Shown here: piece after piece, positions 12,282 through 25,799 of the stretch
Position numbering within the stretch: position 1 is the first letter of the stretch
Layout of the letters: each line of letters begins with the position of its first letter
Source: Isurus oxyrinchus
Lineage: Eukaryota
DNA: 64,000 bases
Assembly: GCA_026770705.1 (NCBI GenBank)
Contig: JANJGN010000010.1
Coordinates: 122,698,001 to 122,762,000 of the forward strand
Reading direction: 5' to 3'
Made by a program: the position numbers and the translations under genes
Notes under the pieces: generated by a model
Databases searched by the model: none
What the model was told of the DNA's origin: nothing
Seen by the model: only the letters and a program-made list of their open reading frames with translations

Positions 12282-12439
12282 ATTGTCAGATGGGGTGTCA
12301 TTGAAGGTCGGAGACCAAAGGGGTGATGGGTGAGTGAGATTTGGAGCAGGGTTAAGATGGGCAGCAGAGTTTTGGATGAGCAAATGTAAAGTGCAAGATG
12401 GGAGGATGATGAGGAGAACATCAGTACAGTCAAGTCTTT

Positions 12440-12745
12440 TTTTTAATCATTCCTAGGATGTGGGTGTCGCTGGCAAGGCCAGCATTTAGTGCCCATCCCT
12501 AATTGCCCTTGCTCAGAGGGCATTTAAGAGTCAACCACATTGCCGTGGTTCAGGAGTCACATGTAGGCCAGACCAGGTAAGGACAGCAGATTTCCTTCCC
12601 TAAAGGATGTTAGTGAACCAGATGGGTTTTTACGACAATCAGCAATGGTTTCATGGTCACCATCAAACTTTTAATTCCAGATTTTTACTGAATTCAAATT
12701 TCACCATCTGCCATGGCGGGATTTGAACCTGGGTCCCCAGAGCCG
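12440..12745 (-). mobile_element. tRNA-derived SINE with family-B LINE 3' tail
   Basis: The reverse strand reads B-box GGTTCAAATCCC, the SINE body, then the tail GGGCAATTAGGGATGGGCA..GCTGGCCTTGCCAGCGAC shared with LINE B. Confidence 0.8.
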
Positions 12746-13089
12746 GAGGTAAAAAAGGCAAGGATGAGGGTTTCAGCAGCAGATAAGCTGAGGGAAGGTC
12801 AGAGTCAAACTATTTTATGGAGGTGGAAGTAGGCAGTCTTGGTGATGGTTTGGATATGTGGTCAGGAGCTCAACTTGGGTTAAACACTTAAGACAGTTAT
12901 CAGTGGTAGAAACAGTGAACAGGGAACACAATGTGTAATGAGATAAAAGACAATAGCTTCCGTCTTGCCAATATTTAGTCAAAGGAAATTTCTGCCCATC
13001 GAGTATTGGATGTCTGACAAGCAGTGTGGCAACTTGGGGATAAGGAGGATAAGAATAAAAATTAACAAAAATAAATTATGATATAAATA

Positions 13090-13705
13090 AGATTGAACAA
13101 GCCACCTGGTATCAGCCCATGCACCAGATTCGGGCATGACAAAGGCAGACCCAAGCCCAGCCCACCTGGCAAAGTCCTCGCCACTAACATCTGGAGACAG
13201 TGGTACAAACTAATCAAGCAACGTTCTCACACAATCATACCTTTCAGCCAACATCAAAGGCTCCTCCATCATTGTCGCTGGTTTATCCTGTCCCACCGGT
13301 GGAAAAGAGCCACAGTGGCAGCACAGTGGTATACAGTCAGGAAAGAGTGGCCCTGAAAGTCTTCAACATTGACTCCAGACCTCATGAAGTCTCAATGCAT
13401 CAGGTCGAACACAGGAAAGGAAATGTCAGCTGATTGCTATCTACAAATACAATGTAGCAACTCACCAAGATTTCTTCAGCAGCACTCCTAAACCATGACC
13501 TCTACCAGCCTGAATCATGGCCCATTGTTGCTGGGTCAAAGTTCTGGAACTCCCTATCTAACAGCACTGTGGGACCACCTTCACCACACAGACTGCAGCA
13601 ATTTAGGATAGCAGCTCACTGCCACCTTCTTAAGGGTTATTAAGGATGGGCAACAAATGTTGGGCTTGCTGGCAACACCCACATCCAGTCAATTAATTAA
13701 AAAAA
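13090..13705 (+). mobile_element. Internally deleted LINE family B (endonuclease start fused to the 3' tail)
   Basis: KVLATNIW..KLIKQ endonuclease start; tail TAAGGATGGGCAACAAATGTTGGG. Confidence 0.7.
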
Positions 13706-13919
13706 CCTACCGATAGTAAAGACTCAACATAAAACTTTAGGCTTGGTGGTGATTCTCAGATAACTGGCAAACTGCCTTGCAGTGCATAAATCAAATTACA
13801 AATGAGGCAAAGTGAAATATGGCCTGATTTCAACAACAATCAACTGAAAATGGACCCACAAGTGCATATAGAGGAGAGGCTGTCTGGGTCAGAATACTGA
13901 TTACTATCTGCCTTGAAGA

Positions 13920-14400
13920 ACACAGAAATGCTGAAAAAGAAAATGGCAACAGATAACAATAAACTGGATGATTTGGAAAATTGCTCCAAGATGAACAATC
14001 TCTAATAGAGTGAGTAGAGGCAGATAGTACAATAGTCTACCTCCAGAATACAGAACACTGTGATTAACAGAATCACCAAGGATGGAAATCAATCAAGCGA
14101 TCATCTTCAGAGTGCTCAAGTTTCAAGAAAAAGTGCAAATCCCTGAGGCAGCAATGTAGAAAGGTGACCCAAAGGGAGGAAGTAATCACTTGAAAATCTG
14201 CCCTGACATTCCACACAAGCTACAGAAGTACAAGATTCACGTTAATGAAATCAAGAGAATTTTTCATGATGGTGGCATTTATTATTGGTTGCACTATACC
14301 ACTCACCTTAAAAGAGTTGATGTTGCAGGAGCTCAGAAGATTTTTTTTTCTTGGAACAAGCATTTAAGACTTTGGCAGAAGATTTCCCAACTGTATTTTA
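13920..14400 (+). mobile_element. LINE-1 ORF1p remnant
   Basis: KLDDLENCSKMNNL and LKICPDIPHKLQK..NEIKRIF motifs typical of L1 ORF1p. Confidence 0.6.
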
Positions 14401-14519
14401 AATAAAGATTAATATGATATTTGCATGGCGTGAAATATACCAGACTATAGTCTGTTGTTCTGTGGTTTGTGACTTGGGAGATTATTGCAGTGGGAACAAA
14501 ACAATGAACATTGACATGC

Positions 14520-15950
14520 TTGGAATTGCATAGAATCTTCTTCTTAGGCTGTCCCTTGGGATCAAGGATGACTGCTTCCTCTCTGGTTCCATGTGTTCGG
14601 AAACAAAAGTCACTCCAAATTCATGGAGATGCCACTTCTGTGTGTGTACTCACACAGAAACTGAGCTTCAGGTCATTGTCAACTCCTTCTCCTTCCATTT
14701 CATACAGAAAATGGCCATTCAGCCCAACAAATATGTTCTGAAATGCGATCTATAGACTCTAGCACATGTGGGGCAGGTGGTGCTTGGATGGTCAGGTAAA
14801 TGGTGGTTTGTACACTCTCTCTGACGCCTCGACTTTGCCTCCCTGATTGTACCCTCTCCATTTTGGTCGGTCACAAGGCAGGGATCCCCATGGTCAGCAG
14901 GGATGTTTAGCCTATTCAGAATGCTTTGAAGACATCTATTGTTCCCCTGAGAGTCTCCTGCTTCCACTGAATTCCAAGTACAGCAGTTGCTTGGGGAGTC
15001 TGGTATCATGCATCTGAACGACATGTCCTGCCCAGCAGAACTGGTTTTAGTGACCAGCACCTCGATGCTGGGCACTTTGACTTGGGATAGGACACTGCTG
15101 TTGGATCACCTTTCCGGCCACTGGATTTGGAGGATCTTGCAAAGGCACTGCTGGTGGTACTTCACCAGTGTTTTGAATCAAAGGTTTTGTGAGGTCGAGA
15201 AAGGCCATAAACATTGTTTGGTGCTGTTCCTTGCACCTTTCTTGGATTTACTGCACAGTGATGAACATGTCTGTGGTGCTTCTCAATGGGCGAAAGCCAC
15301 ACTATAACTCGAGGAGCTGTTTGGTCACTGGCAGGAGGCAATTGAGGAGGATTCTTACAATGATCTTCCCTGTGGCAGACAGCAGCGAGACTCCTCAGAA
15401 GTTACCACAATCAGACTTGTATCCCTTCTTGAATACAGTCACGAGGTCAGCATCCTCGAGATCCCACAAGCATGCACTCTTCTTCCCAGTTGAGGGATAT
15501 GAGGCTGTGCAGCCGTGAAATGCATCTACGCCATGTTTCAGAATTTTGGCAGGGATTCTATCTGCTCCAAAGATTTTGTTGTTTTTCAGCTCTTGAATGT
15601 TTTTTCTCAACTTCACTCCAGGCCAAGACTGAGCCAGATGAGGTATTGAGGAATAGAGTTGAGGACTTTCAAAGCAAAGGCAAAGTTTTGGTTGAGGAGT
15701 TCTTCAAAGTGTGTTTTCTCCAGCAAGCACCGACTGCCTCCTCATCCTTGATGAGCTCCTCTCCATGTTTGGCTTTCAGCGGGGTAGGCCCTTGAGTGCT
15801 TGGGTGGAATATATCATACAGAAATCGGCCATTCAGCCCAACAAGTACATGCTGACATTTATGTTTCACCCAAGGCTGATTTTGAACCCATTGTTGGTGC
15901 TAAGTATATGAAGTTTCCCAAAGTACTCTGGCACATTGTGTTGCATGTTT
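14520..15950 (-). mobile_element. RTE-clade LINE fragment
   Basis: GADRIPAKILKHG, LVTVFKKGYKSDCGNF, and a C-terminal TCPTCARVYRSH zinc finger. Confidence 0.8.
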
Positions 15951-16049
15951 AGTTATGGGAGTAGGGCAGTAGTTGAAGACCACTATCCCTGTCAGCACAA
16001 ACAGGGTCCTATTTGAGATTACTTGAAGACAAACTGGAGGGAGGGACTT

Positions 16050-16440
16050 TAATGAAGAATGACAAGAAATGACAGCATAATTCTGAGGTAAAAATAAGTG
16101 TCAAGGCTGCGACAAGGAAGCAAAGCAAAGATTTGAGAGACAGCAGAGTATGGAGGCAGGTGTAGGATATAACTCTTCAGCAGGGACATGATAGCAAAAG
16201 TTTTGAAACAGGTGCTGGCAGTGCTGCATGAGAGAGAGATTGATGGTGTTGGCAAACATTGGGAGAGGAGGTGATGTTGGATGGCCAAGAGCAGGGATGA
16301 GGGCTGAGGTAGAAATAGAAAAGAATATAGATATTGGGAAGTGTCAGGGTCAGAGAAGGCAAAGGCAGCTACTTTAATGTAGAGCACACAAAAGTTCATG
16401 AGTTTCTTTCACTTGAGCTTGAAGTGCTTTTGAGTTGAAA
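16050..16440 (-). mobile_element. Degraded L2-like fragment
   Basis: Purine-rich plus strand similar to 37200-38400. Confidence 0.4.
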
Positions 16441-16630
16441 ATAACGGTAAAGCTCTAATGTAAAGACAAGATATATAAGAAATTCATTAAACTTATGTAT
16501 TTAGTTCTCCCAAGTCATTGCTCCCATTTTTTTCAGACAGTAGGTATTGGTAATGGTTCTGCTATTGCCACTTCTTTAGACCCATCTTTTGTTTCTTTAC
16601 CTGTCTCATTACATTTTGCCTTGCACCATC

Positions 16631-18095
16631 CAATTTGCTAGATTCTAGAAAGGCTTCATCAGACTGGAAAGCAGCAAATATAACCCTCTACTCAAGAAGG
16701 GAGAGAGGCCAAAACATGAAACTATAGACCAGTTAGCTTGACATCTGTCATGGGGAAGTTGTTAGAATCGAACATTAAGGAGGTTATAGCTGGGCACTTA
16801 GAAGAGCTCAGGGCAATCAGGAGGATTCAGCATGGTTTTGTGAAAGGAAAATCATGGTTAGCCAATTTATTGGAGTTTTTTGAAGGAGTAACAAGTGCAG
16901 TGGATAAAGGGGAGCCTGTAGACGAACTGTTCTTGGATTTCCAGAAGGCATTTGATAAGGTGCCACATCAAAGGTTATTATGGAAAATAAAAGTCTAAGG
17001 TGTAGGGGATAACATATTAGCATGGATAGAAGTTTGACTGGCTGGCAGAAAGCAGGGAGTATGCATAAATGGGTCCTTTTCAGATTGGAGGGATGTGACG
17101 AGTGGAGTCCCACAGGGGTCTGTGCTGGGGCCTCAACTTATTACGAATTATATCAACCACTTAGATGAGGGGAGCGAAGACATGGTAGCTGAGCTTGCAG
17201 ATGACACAAAGATAGGTAGGAAAGTATGTTGTGAAGAGGACATGAGGAAGTTGCAGATGGATATAGATAGGTTGAGTGAGTGGGAAAAGATCTGGCAAAT
17301 GGAGTTTAATATCGGAAAATATGAAGTTGTTCACTTTGGCAAGAAGAACAAACAAGCAGAGTATTACTTAAATGAAGAACAGCTGCATAATTCTGAGGTG
17401 CACAGGGATCTGGGTGTTCTAGTACATGAGTCACATGAGTTGCAGGTACAGCAAGCAATTAAGAAAGCTAATGGGATGCTATCCTTTATTACAAGAGGGA
17501 TTGAACATAAAAGTTATACAGGACATTAGTGAGTCCGCACCTCGAATACTGTGTGCAGTTTTGGTCTCCTTATTTAAGGAAGGATGTAAATGAATTGGAG
17601 GCGGTTCAGAGGAGGTTTGCTAGATTAATATCTGGAATGAGTGTGTTGTCTTATGAGGAGAGGCTAGATAGGCTGGGTTTGTTTCCACTGGAGTTTAGAA
17701 GAGTGAGGGGTAATTTGAAGTATACAAGATCCTGAATGGCCTTGACAAGCTGGATGTCGAAAGCATGTTTCCTCTTATGGGTGAATCCAGAACTAGGGGG
17801 CACTGTTTAAAAATTAAGGGTCGCCCCTTTAGGACAGACATGAGGAGAATTTTTTTCTCTCAGAGGGTTGTGCGACTTTGGAACTCTCTGCATCAGGAGG
17901 CGGTGGAGGTGGGGTCATTGAATATTTTTAAGGCAGAGGTAGATAGATTCTTGTTAGACATGGGAATCAGAGGATATTGGGGGTAGATGGGAATGTGGAA
18001 ATCAAAACACAAGAAGATCAGCTACGATCTTATTGCATGGCAGAGCAGGCTTGAGGGGCCGAATGGTCTACTCCTCTTCCTATTTCTTATGTTTT
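16631..18095 (+). mobile_element. 5'-truncated CR1 LINE inserted in a Penelope 3' region
   Basis: [49 protein letters not shown] and the CR1 3' UTR. Penelope-type sequence at 16535-16630 resumes at 18100. Confidence 0.92.
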
Positions 18096-18099
18096 TAAA

Positions 18100-18340
18100 T
18101 CTTTTTCATTTAGTTACTCCTGCCTTCTTCCTGATCACAGATCTTCCCTTTTGTTCTTTCCTTCCCTTCCACTGTACTTGCTTAAAGCCTTTTACATTTC
18201 CAACTATTTCCAGTTCTATTGAAAGATCATCAACCTGAAATCTCTGTTTCTCTCTCCACAGATGCTGCCCAGTCTTCTGAGCGTTTCCAGCATTTTCTTT
18301 TTTATTTCATATTTCCAGCATCCGCAGTACTTTGCTTTTA
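18100..18340 (+). mobile_element. Penelope 3' terminal region
   Basis: CTCTCCACAGATGCTGCC..TTCCAGCATTTTC..TTCCAGCATCCGCAGT terminus with a degenerate hammerhead-like core. Confidence 0.75.
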
Positions 18341-19865
18341 TACTTAACTGCCTTTATCAGAATCGTAAGCCAGATCCTACTCTACTCCATTTGTGTCTCT
18401 TAGCCTGTTTAAGTTTGCACCAGTATCAATGAGCATCTACTGTATATTGAAATGTTCCAAATATATGTTTCCATAATTGAATCATAAAATAGTAATTTAA
18501 TCAGCTAGTAAATTAATTGATTAAAATAACTATTTAACAAGCTGATTACTTGCATTAGGGTTCATTGAATATGTGCAAATTTTTAGCTTAAATAATCAGC
18601 TACCCTCCCAACACACGGGCTTACAGTAAATGTTTAGCTTTGACTGGAAGTCAGGTTGGGTCACTGTTATTTTGGCAATAATTCACAGATGGCTTCCCAA
18701 AATGTTCAGGTATAAAATATACTGATAGTGCAACAACTTCCACACCTCTTCCTAAATTCAAATATTAACATGAAAATGAAAATAACAAATCCCGACATGG
18801 GGCCACCAATGATAACATGCATATCAATGCAGTTCAAGGAAGCATTACAAGCTTTGTCTCAATATCAAAATGGAATATTCAATGTTAAGTGTGATAATCA
18901 AACATTTTCAGGGACAATGCAGCCAATTTAGCTTTTGTGATCCATGAGTTAAGTCCAGTGTGCACTTATAGTGAAGCAAAAAGCCACCTGAAGTTATTTT
19001 AACCATTTCGAGAAGCAGTGTGTGATCAAAGGCCCATTCATTTCACATCTATGTAGATATATAATTAGTCTGTGTTTATGTCTATCTGATTTTAGCACTG
19101 GATGTTGACCGAGTCTGTCAAATAAATTTGAATCAATACAGGAAGTTGCTTCCATGTTATCTCAGGGCTCACAATTTAAACTGAGATTCTTCACCTATTT
19201 TTTTTTCCCCTGAGAAGTATTTCAGAGCACTAGGAAAGCCTAGAAATTAGCTATAAATCTGAAGCTGTCTTTGATTAGAGAATGAGCATTGGAGTCAAAG
19301 TGGATTGTGCCAGTGGGAAAGACAAAAAGCTGTTTTGTTCTTTTCTAATTTCCATCTCTTTTCACTCACTGTTTCATTCCTAAAGGCAGTGACTCATGTG
19401 AGAATACATTCCCATGGACATCTACACCCCTTATAGTACTTTACCCAAGTGGTAATTTAGAACTGGACAATAAATATCACCAAACTATTTGATCAGATGA
19501 GCACCAACACCAAGCCCAACTTGTCCTCACCTGCCACTCATATATTTCCCAGCTTGGGTGAAAGGACATTTGTGAGTAGCAGCTAGGCCTGAGTGTTTAG
19601 GTCAGTGTGCGGGCGTGATCAGTGGGCCTGGGAGTGGCCTGGAAAAGGACCACCAGCCGCAATCGGCCCCCAAACATGATTTCACACTGACAGGCCAATT
19701 AAGGCCCACCCAGCGTGAAACGCAGCTCCCCAATGGTCGGGATGGGCCGGGCGGAGGCAGGGGCAGAGGCGGGGGCCTATCAGCCGCCGGGTTTGAAGCT
19801 GCACAGGCAGCCCCCTGGAAGGCTGCCAGCGACAAACACATCTTCAGCATTGTGACCACAAAGCT

Positions 19866-21655
19866 ATGGCATCAAGTACGACTGCAGGCACCAGGCAGGA
19901 GGGCAGGTTGGGTGGGCACTCGGCCCCCCAATTTTTGGATGAGCGCCTCACGATCCTCCTGGAGGAGGGGGCTGCCAGGAGGGACACCCTTATCCCAAGG
20001 AATGGAAGGAGGAGGCCACCGCACCTTACCAAAAGAGCTTGGGAGGTCGCAGCAGTGCTGGTCAGCAGCCATGATCTGAGGTGCACCTGGGTCCAGTGCC
20101 GCAAGAGGTTTATGACCTGCTGCACTCTGGAAGGGTGAGTACCATGTTGACATGGATTAGTGTGTTAAGTGTTAAGGGCTGGCTGTCCCCCTGCATGGAG
20201 CTCAGGGGTGTTGGAGTCTGAGTGCCAACCGTCAATATCGTCGGAGCTGGCCAAGGGGGTGAGCCCTGGCTGCCTGGGCTCAGTGCCTTGCAGCTCGAGG
20301 GCCATGACTTGGACGTGTCCTGCAAGGTGTTCCTCAAGTGGGGTTGGCCAGGCTGCAATGGCGCTGCAGATTGAGACTGGACTAATCAATGCTCCTCTGT
20401 CCTTTCAGGAGAAGACGACCCATAACAACATTGAAAGCTCACAGACTGGCGTAGGTCCCGCAAAGCTCCTAATCCTGACCAGATATGAGCAGGCTGCCTT
20501 GGAGCTGGAGGGGCGCCACACACCTTGGTCAACCAGTCGCGTAGAGACTACGGTGTCAGATGAAGATAAGAGTGCAGTGCACAGAGGTGAGGTGGTGCAA
20601 ACATTCTTGTGTAGCCTCTTCATTGATGGGAGCTTCAAACTGGATTCCTCATTGAACATTGAAAGACGATGGCACCATGATGCAGAACTCCATTGTCTCA
20701 CCAGGGTCCCTGGCATGCACAGTGACAGTGTGATGACTTAAACTAATGACATGTCGTTGTTTTCCCTTAGATTTGTCACCACACACCAATCACAACTCCC
20801 TGATGCACCACCTCTGATGCCAGAGAACATCAGGCTCCACATGCATGTGCATCACACCTGCTCTCTGAACCAGGCACCAGCGCAGATACCTGCACCTCGG
20901 TGGGCGTTAGATCGGCAACCAGAATGTCAGTGCACGTTGCTGAGGGCACTTCACACTCACTTGAGGTGCAGGCAGAGGATGCCTAGGGCACCGGCAGTTG
21001 GAGGACTGTTGAAGACCAGGATGATGCTGGGTCGAAGGCAGATGATGAGCCTCTGGAGTCAGGTTCATTAGGTGGCAGAAGCTGGATGTCCAGTGAGATG
21101 TGCAGGAGAATCTGGTGGAGATCCATAAAGGTGCCACGGTCTCCGTTAACCCTCGTTGCCCTCCTCCATTGAGAGAGTGGCGACTCTCATGGAGAAGCAG
21201 CTCCAGGGACAGAATCAGGGGTTCCTGGGGTTGCGTTCATACCTGCAAATCCTCACACAGGCAATGACCTCAGGCTGGTCAGCGTCAGTGTTGTAGATGG
21301 ATGAGGCACCCAGTATCCCAGCTAGGGACATCCAGAGCGACCTCATGTTGGTGCACGAGCTGCTTTTTATTTCTGCGGGCTCCTCGCAGGGTGCTCTGGA
21401 TGACAGCAGCAGCTCCTCCGCCCCTCTGCCAGTGACCGTAGCATCTGATGAGGCTGCAGTGACTGGGGAGATGCCAGCCGTGGCACTAGCCACTCCCTCC
21501 CAAGCGGGGCCAGCACAGGCTCCACGGGCCAGAGGACGACTGCCAAGGTCGTCAAGGCCAACAAAACAGCAGAGTCAGCAGGCCAGAGTCAGCAAGGGAG
21601 GAGCACCAGACATAGCACTCATAAACATAAGTTTAAGGCACCGTGAGCACAAGAC
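19866..21655 (+). pseudogene. Harbinger Myb/SANT-like (MSANTD/NAIF1-type) DNA-binding gene, about 3 exons, disrupted
   Basis: APQFLDERLTILLEE..KRAWEVAAVLVSS..TWVQCRKRF. Donor GG|GTGAGT at 20134, acceptors TTTCAG| at 20408 and CCTTAG| at 20770. Confidence 0.8.
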
Positions 21656-21974
21656 GGATAGGTGATGGGTGATCTTCTGTTGTGCAATGTTTTATTTATG
21701 TGTACTGATCTGGGGTTGAAGACCAGAGAAGGTTTTGTTAATTTGTTTGGACTATCAAAATGAGATCATTTTATTTTGTTGTAATAGCCTGATTATGCTT
21801 CACATTTTTCTTTGGTGTAGGGTACGCCGGTATGTAAGACTGGACCTGGGTGGCTCTAAACTTTATTGCACTGACACTGAGTGGAATTTGGGTTCAAATG
21901 AAAGGGTCATTTCAGACATCCAGGATGGAGGCGGCAGCCCTGGCGTGAGGTGGGAAAGGTTCTTTGGCAGCCTA

Positions 21975-23193
21975 GCATAAGGAGCAATGGATCAAGGTGT
22001 CCCTGGTGTCTCTTCCTCCCTGGAGGTTATCAAAGTCTGCCTCCACACCCTCAGTGTTCTCCTCATCATGCTCATCTTCTGACTCTCTACTGGATTCATC
22101 TTCTGTGGCCTGTGGAGCTGCATGAAAAGCCTGTTCCTCCAATTGGTGCCCCTCTTGCCAGTGCCAGATTGTGGAGAGTGTAGCATGCGACCATGATCAG
22201 TGACACCTGCTCTGTGGGGCATTGTAGTGCTCCCCTTGAATGGTTCAAGCATCGGAAGCAAGTCTTCAGAAGACCTATGATCCTCTATCACCGCCCTTGT
22301 GGAGGCATGAATCCCACTATTACACTGCTCTGCCTCTGTTCTTGGGTGGTGGAGAGGCGTCATGAGCCAACTTTTCCTTTTAGCCCAGCAGCCATCCATC
22401 CAGTCCAGCTGGAGCGCTGAACAGCCTCAGCACCTGGGAGCATCTCAGGATATAAGCATCATGGGAGTTGCATGGGTACTTAGCACAGACTTGCAGAATC
22501 TGCATCCTGTGATCACACACTGTCTGCACATTCATGGAGCGGAAGCCCTTCCTGTTGATGAAGGCACGGGGCTGACCCGCTGGCACCTTGATGGCCACAT
22601 GTGTGCATCCGATTGCACCCTGGATGTGGGGGAACCCAGCAATCGCCACAAAGCCTCTGGCTCATTCAGCTGGTTGGCCTCATCCAAACAGAAATGAATG
22701 AAAGTCAGACCCACCTGAACAGAGAATCTGTCACCAGCTTGATGCAACTGTGGACAGCTGATTGGGAGACTCCACACAGATCCCCCACTGACCTCTGGAA
22801 AGAGCCAGAGGCATAAAAGTTGAGGGCCACTGTGGCCTCCAGAGCCACTGGCATGGAGTGTCCACCCACACAGTCGGAGCTGATCTCAGGCCCAATCATG
22901 TGACAAATGGAGGTCACGGTCTCCCTGGAGAGGCGGAGCCTCCTTCAGCATTGCACCTCGGACATATTGAGGTAGCTGCATCACCGCCTGTAAACCCTGG
23001 CAACAGGGTAGCGGTGTCTTCTGCAGCCCCTTCTGCCTTGGATTACCTGCTGTCCCTGCGCCGCTTGTGTTTGTGCCTCTCCTCCCACAGGTCGCTCCCT
23101 TGAAAACTGCATTGGGACATCTGGCCTCCCCACCCTTCTGCCCCTCTCTTCCTCAGAGGAGGAGGTGCCTCCAATGGAGACCACAATCCCCAT
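21975..23193 (-). pseudogene. Harbinger DDE transposase (HARBI1-like), frameshifted
   Basis: ALNFYASGSFQ..GDLCGVSQS, AGFPHIQGAIGCTH, FINRKGFRSMNVQTVCD, HDAYIL, HASTRAVIE. Confidence 0.9.
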
Positions 23194-23589
23194 TACTAGG
23201 GTAAAGGAAGGGTCTGATACCTGGAAGAGTCCACACGGTCTGAATGCTCCGGGGGCTTTGGAGACACCAAAGAGGCCTGAAATGAAGCCTAGAAATGCTG
23301 AGAATGTAGCTCAGAACAGAGATGAAGCTGTCAATAAGCAACCAGCAGCAAACTATTTCCCAAACTCCTCATTACTCACAGTGGCAAAGCTGCTGACCCT
23401 TTTTCCCCACCCTTGGGTGAGGTTTTGCAAATTGTCAGCTCCCTGCCTGCCCGTTTTGCCTGTACGATAAGTGCAAAATCACACAGGCAATGAAAAATCA
23501 GCTTTTTAATGGCCTTAACTGGCCTCTTAATTGATAGAGGGCATAGCTCCGACTGAAATCGCGCATGAGTGCGGGATGGCGCCATCTCT

Positions 23590-24070
23590 ATAATCAGGCA
23601 GATAGATACTGTTCTTTACAGCCACAGCTTTGACTCCTGAAGGTTGTGTTGCCTGCCAGGTGCCAGGGTTAAGGATATCTCTTCATGGCTTGAGAAGAAC
23701 TTGGACTGGAAGTGGAAGGATCCAACGGTCATGGTCCATGGCATGGAAGCAACGACAAAGGTAAAAATAGGAATGAGGGAATTTGAGAAGCTAAGGCACA
23801 AATTAAAAAGCAGCATCTCAAAGGTAATAATCTCTGGATTACTAAAGGAGCCACATGCAAATTGACATAGGGACAAACAGACAAGAGAATTGAATGTGAG
23901 GCTCGGCGAGTGTTGTGGGAGTTAGGGTTTTTGATTCATGGGCCACTAACATCAGTACTTGGGAAAGAGGGAGCTGTTCCATTGAGACTGACTCCTATTA
24001 AATCTGGCTGTAGTGTATTGGGGAATTGAATAAATAGGGCTATAGATAAGGCTTTAAACTAAAAAGTTGG
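23590..24070 (+). mobile_element. CR1 ORF1 (SGNH esterase-like) fragment
   Basis: CCLPGARVKDIS..KVIISGLL, homologous to 25800-26220. Confidence 0.75.
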
Positions 24071-24149
24071 GGTGAGGAGTAGCTGTGAGGTTTCCGCTGA
24101 GGGAAACATATAAATCCAAAGAGGAAAATCAAAACTATACAGCAGTGTC

Positions 24150-24975
24150 ACAAAATAAAAACAAAAATGCTGGAAATGCTCAGAATGTCAGGCAGCATCT
24201 GTGGAGAGGAACAGAGTTAATGCTTTGGGTCAAGATGACCTTTCATCAGAAGATAGATGGAAAGGTTAGTAGAGCCAGCGCAAGGAGGGAGGGTGCAGGA
24301 AGAAGAAAAGGGGATGCCTCTGATAGGGTGGAGGGCAGGACAGATTTAATTACAAAAGATTTCATGGTGCAAAAGCCAAAGAGAGTGGTAATGGGCATCA
24401 TAAAGAGACAAATGATGTGTCCGGATGAGGTGTCGATGGCTACATAGCATGCTGCAGCCATCTGAATAAAGAAAGAAACGAGACAAGACCGAACTGGCAA
24501 AGAAAAACATATATATGTTATATAAACATATATATAAAACAGAATAAGATGGAGGTAGGAGTTATGATCTAAAACTGTTGAACTCAATGTTGAGTCCAGA
24601 AGCCTATAGAGTGCCAAGTCAAAAGATGAGGTGCTGTTCCTCGAACTTGCATTGAGCTTCATTGGAACACTGTAGAAGACCAAGAACAGAATGGGAGCAA
24701 GGTGGAGAATTAAAATGACAAGCAACAGAAAGCTCAGGATTATGCTTGCAGACTGAATGGAGGTGTTCCACAAAGCGTTCACCAGCCTGCGTTTGGCCTC
24801 CCTACAGTAGAGGACACTACATTGTGAGCAATGAATGCAGTATGCTAAATTGAAAGAAGGGCAAGTAAATTACTGTTTCACTAAGAAGCAGTGTTTGGGG
24901 CCTTGAATGGTGAGAAGGGAGGGGGTAAAAGGACAGGTGTCCTGTGCTTACATGGAAAGGTGCCGTAGGAAAGGC
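24150..24975 (-). mobile_element. Penelope 3' portion (GIY-YIG region and terminus)
   Basis: The reverse complement matches 62500-63441 in organisation; hammerhead-like CTGATGAAAGGTC..GACCC near 24230-24250. Confidence 0.8.
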
Positions 24976-25259
24976 TGTGGGCATTAGGGGTGACTGCAGA
25001 ACATATGGATGGCTGAGATCAATAGTTTCTTGGAATCTAGAGAAACCAAGGGTCATGGGAGTCAGGCAGGAAAGTGGAGTTGAGTTTGAAGACTAACCAT
25101 GATCTTACTGAAAGGTGAAGCAGGATGGAGGGGCCATATGGCTGACTCCTGATCCTATTCCTCACCATTGTTCCAATATGATTAGCTAATTCAGTGTACA
25201 GCACATTGTCTGCATTGTCTGCATGGTCCAGTACCTCACTGCATTTATCTATTGAATCG

Positions 25260-25522
25260 TTCAGCCAGTTTTATTCCTATAGCCTTGCAAAAATTTCTGT
25301 TATCAGCTGCCTAGACTTTAAACTCAGGAATTGCCTTCCTGACCTTCTTTGTTTCTCTACCTCCTTCTGCTACTTTAAGACCTTACATAAAACTTACCCG
25401 TTTGCCTAAGCTTTTAGTTACACCTCCTAATATCTCTTTATGTGGGTCGTTACCAAATTTTGTTTGATAGCCATCCTGTGAACTACATTAAAGATGCCAT
25501 ATAAATGCAAGTTATTGTTGAT
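25260..25522 (+). mobile_element. L2-type LINE 3' end
   Basis: Ends CTACATTAAAGATGCCATATAAATGCAAGTTATTGTTG. Confidence 0.65.
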
Positions 25523-25799
25523 GATTTGCTCACCATTTATGTGTTCCTTATGTTGTGATTACTGTGTTCTCTGGTTGTAATTGTATTTTTGTACATTTTA
25601 ACTTTTCACTGCATTCTAATACAGCATCCGGTTCCACTACTACCTGATCGAAATTAAACCAAAGTGCAAGGACACTATTTACCCCATTGGTAATGTTTTT
25701 GCTATGTGCAGGGATTCCAGTAAAATGTTGAGATGCACTGGAAACAAGGACCTTCTTTCTTAACATTGCCCTTAAAAGTAATTACAAATAGAAAAGAGA

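Larger units (their letters stand above)
11417..13060 (-). mobile_element. L2-type LINE fragment interrupted by a MITE and a SINE
   Basis: Reverse L2-like tail (CAACAACTTACATTCATATAGTGC) at 11417; L2-like RT remnants resume at 12285 and 12746. Confidence 0.6.
19586..23590. mobile_element. Harbinger transposon copy A (Myb/SANT gene +, transposase -, convergent); right end truncated
   Basis: Two convergent decayed genes; subterminal GGCCAATTAAGGCCC motifs; similar to 55401-63485 in opposite orientation. Confidence 0.9.

Noticed and set aside
24246-24782. Hydrophobic 178-aa ORF as a membrane protein
   Set aside because: Off-frame reading of the pyrimidine-rich Penelope 3' region.
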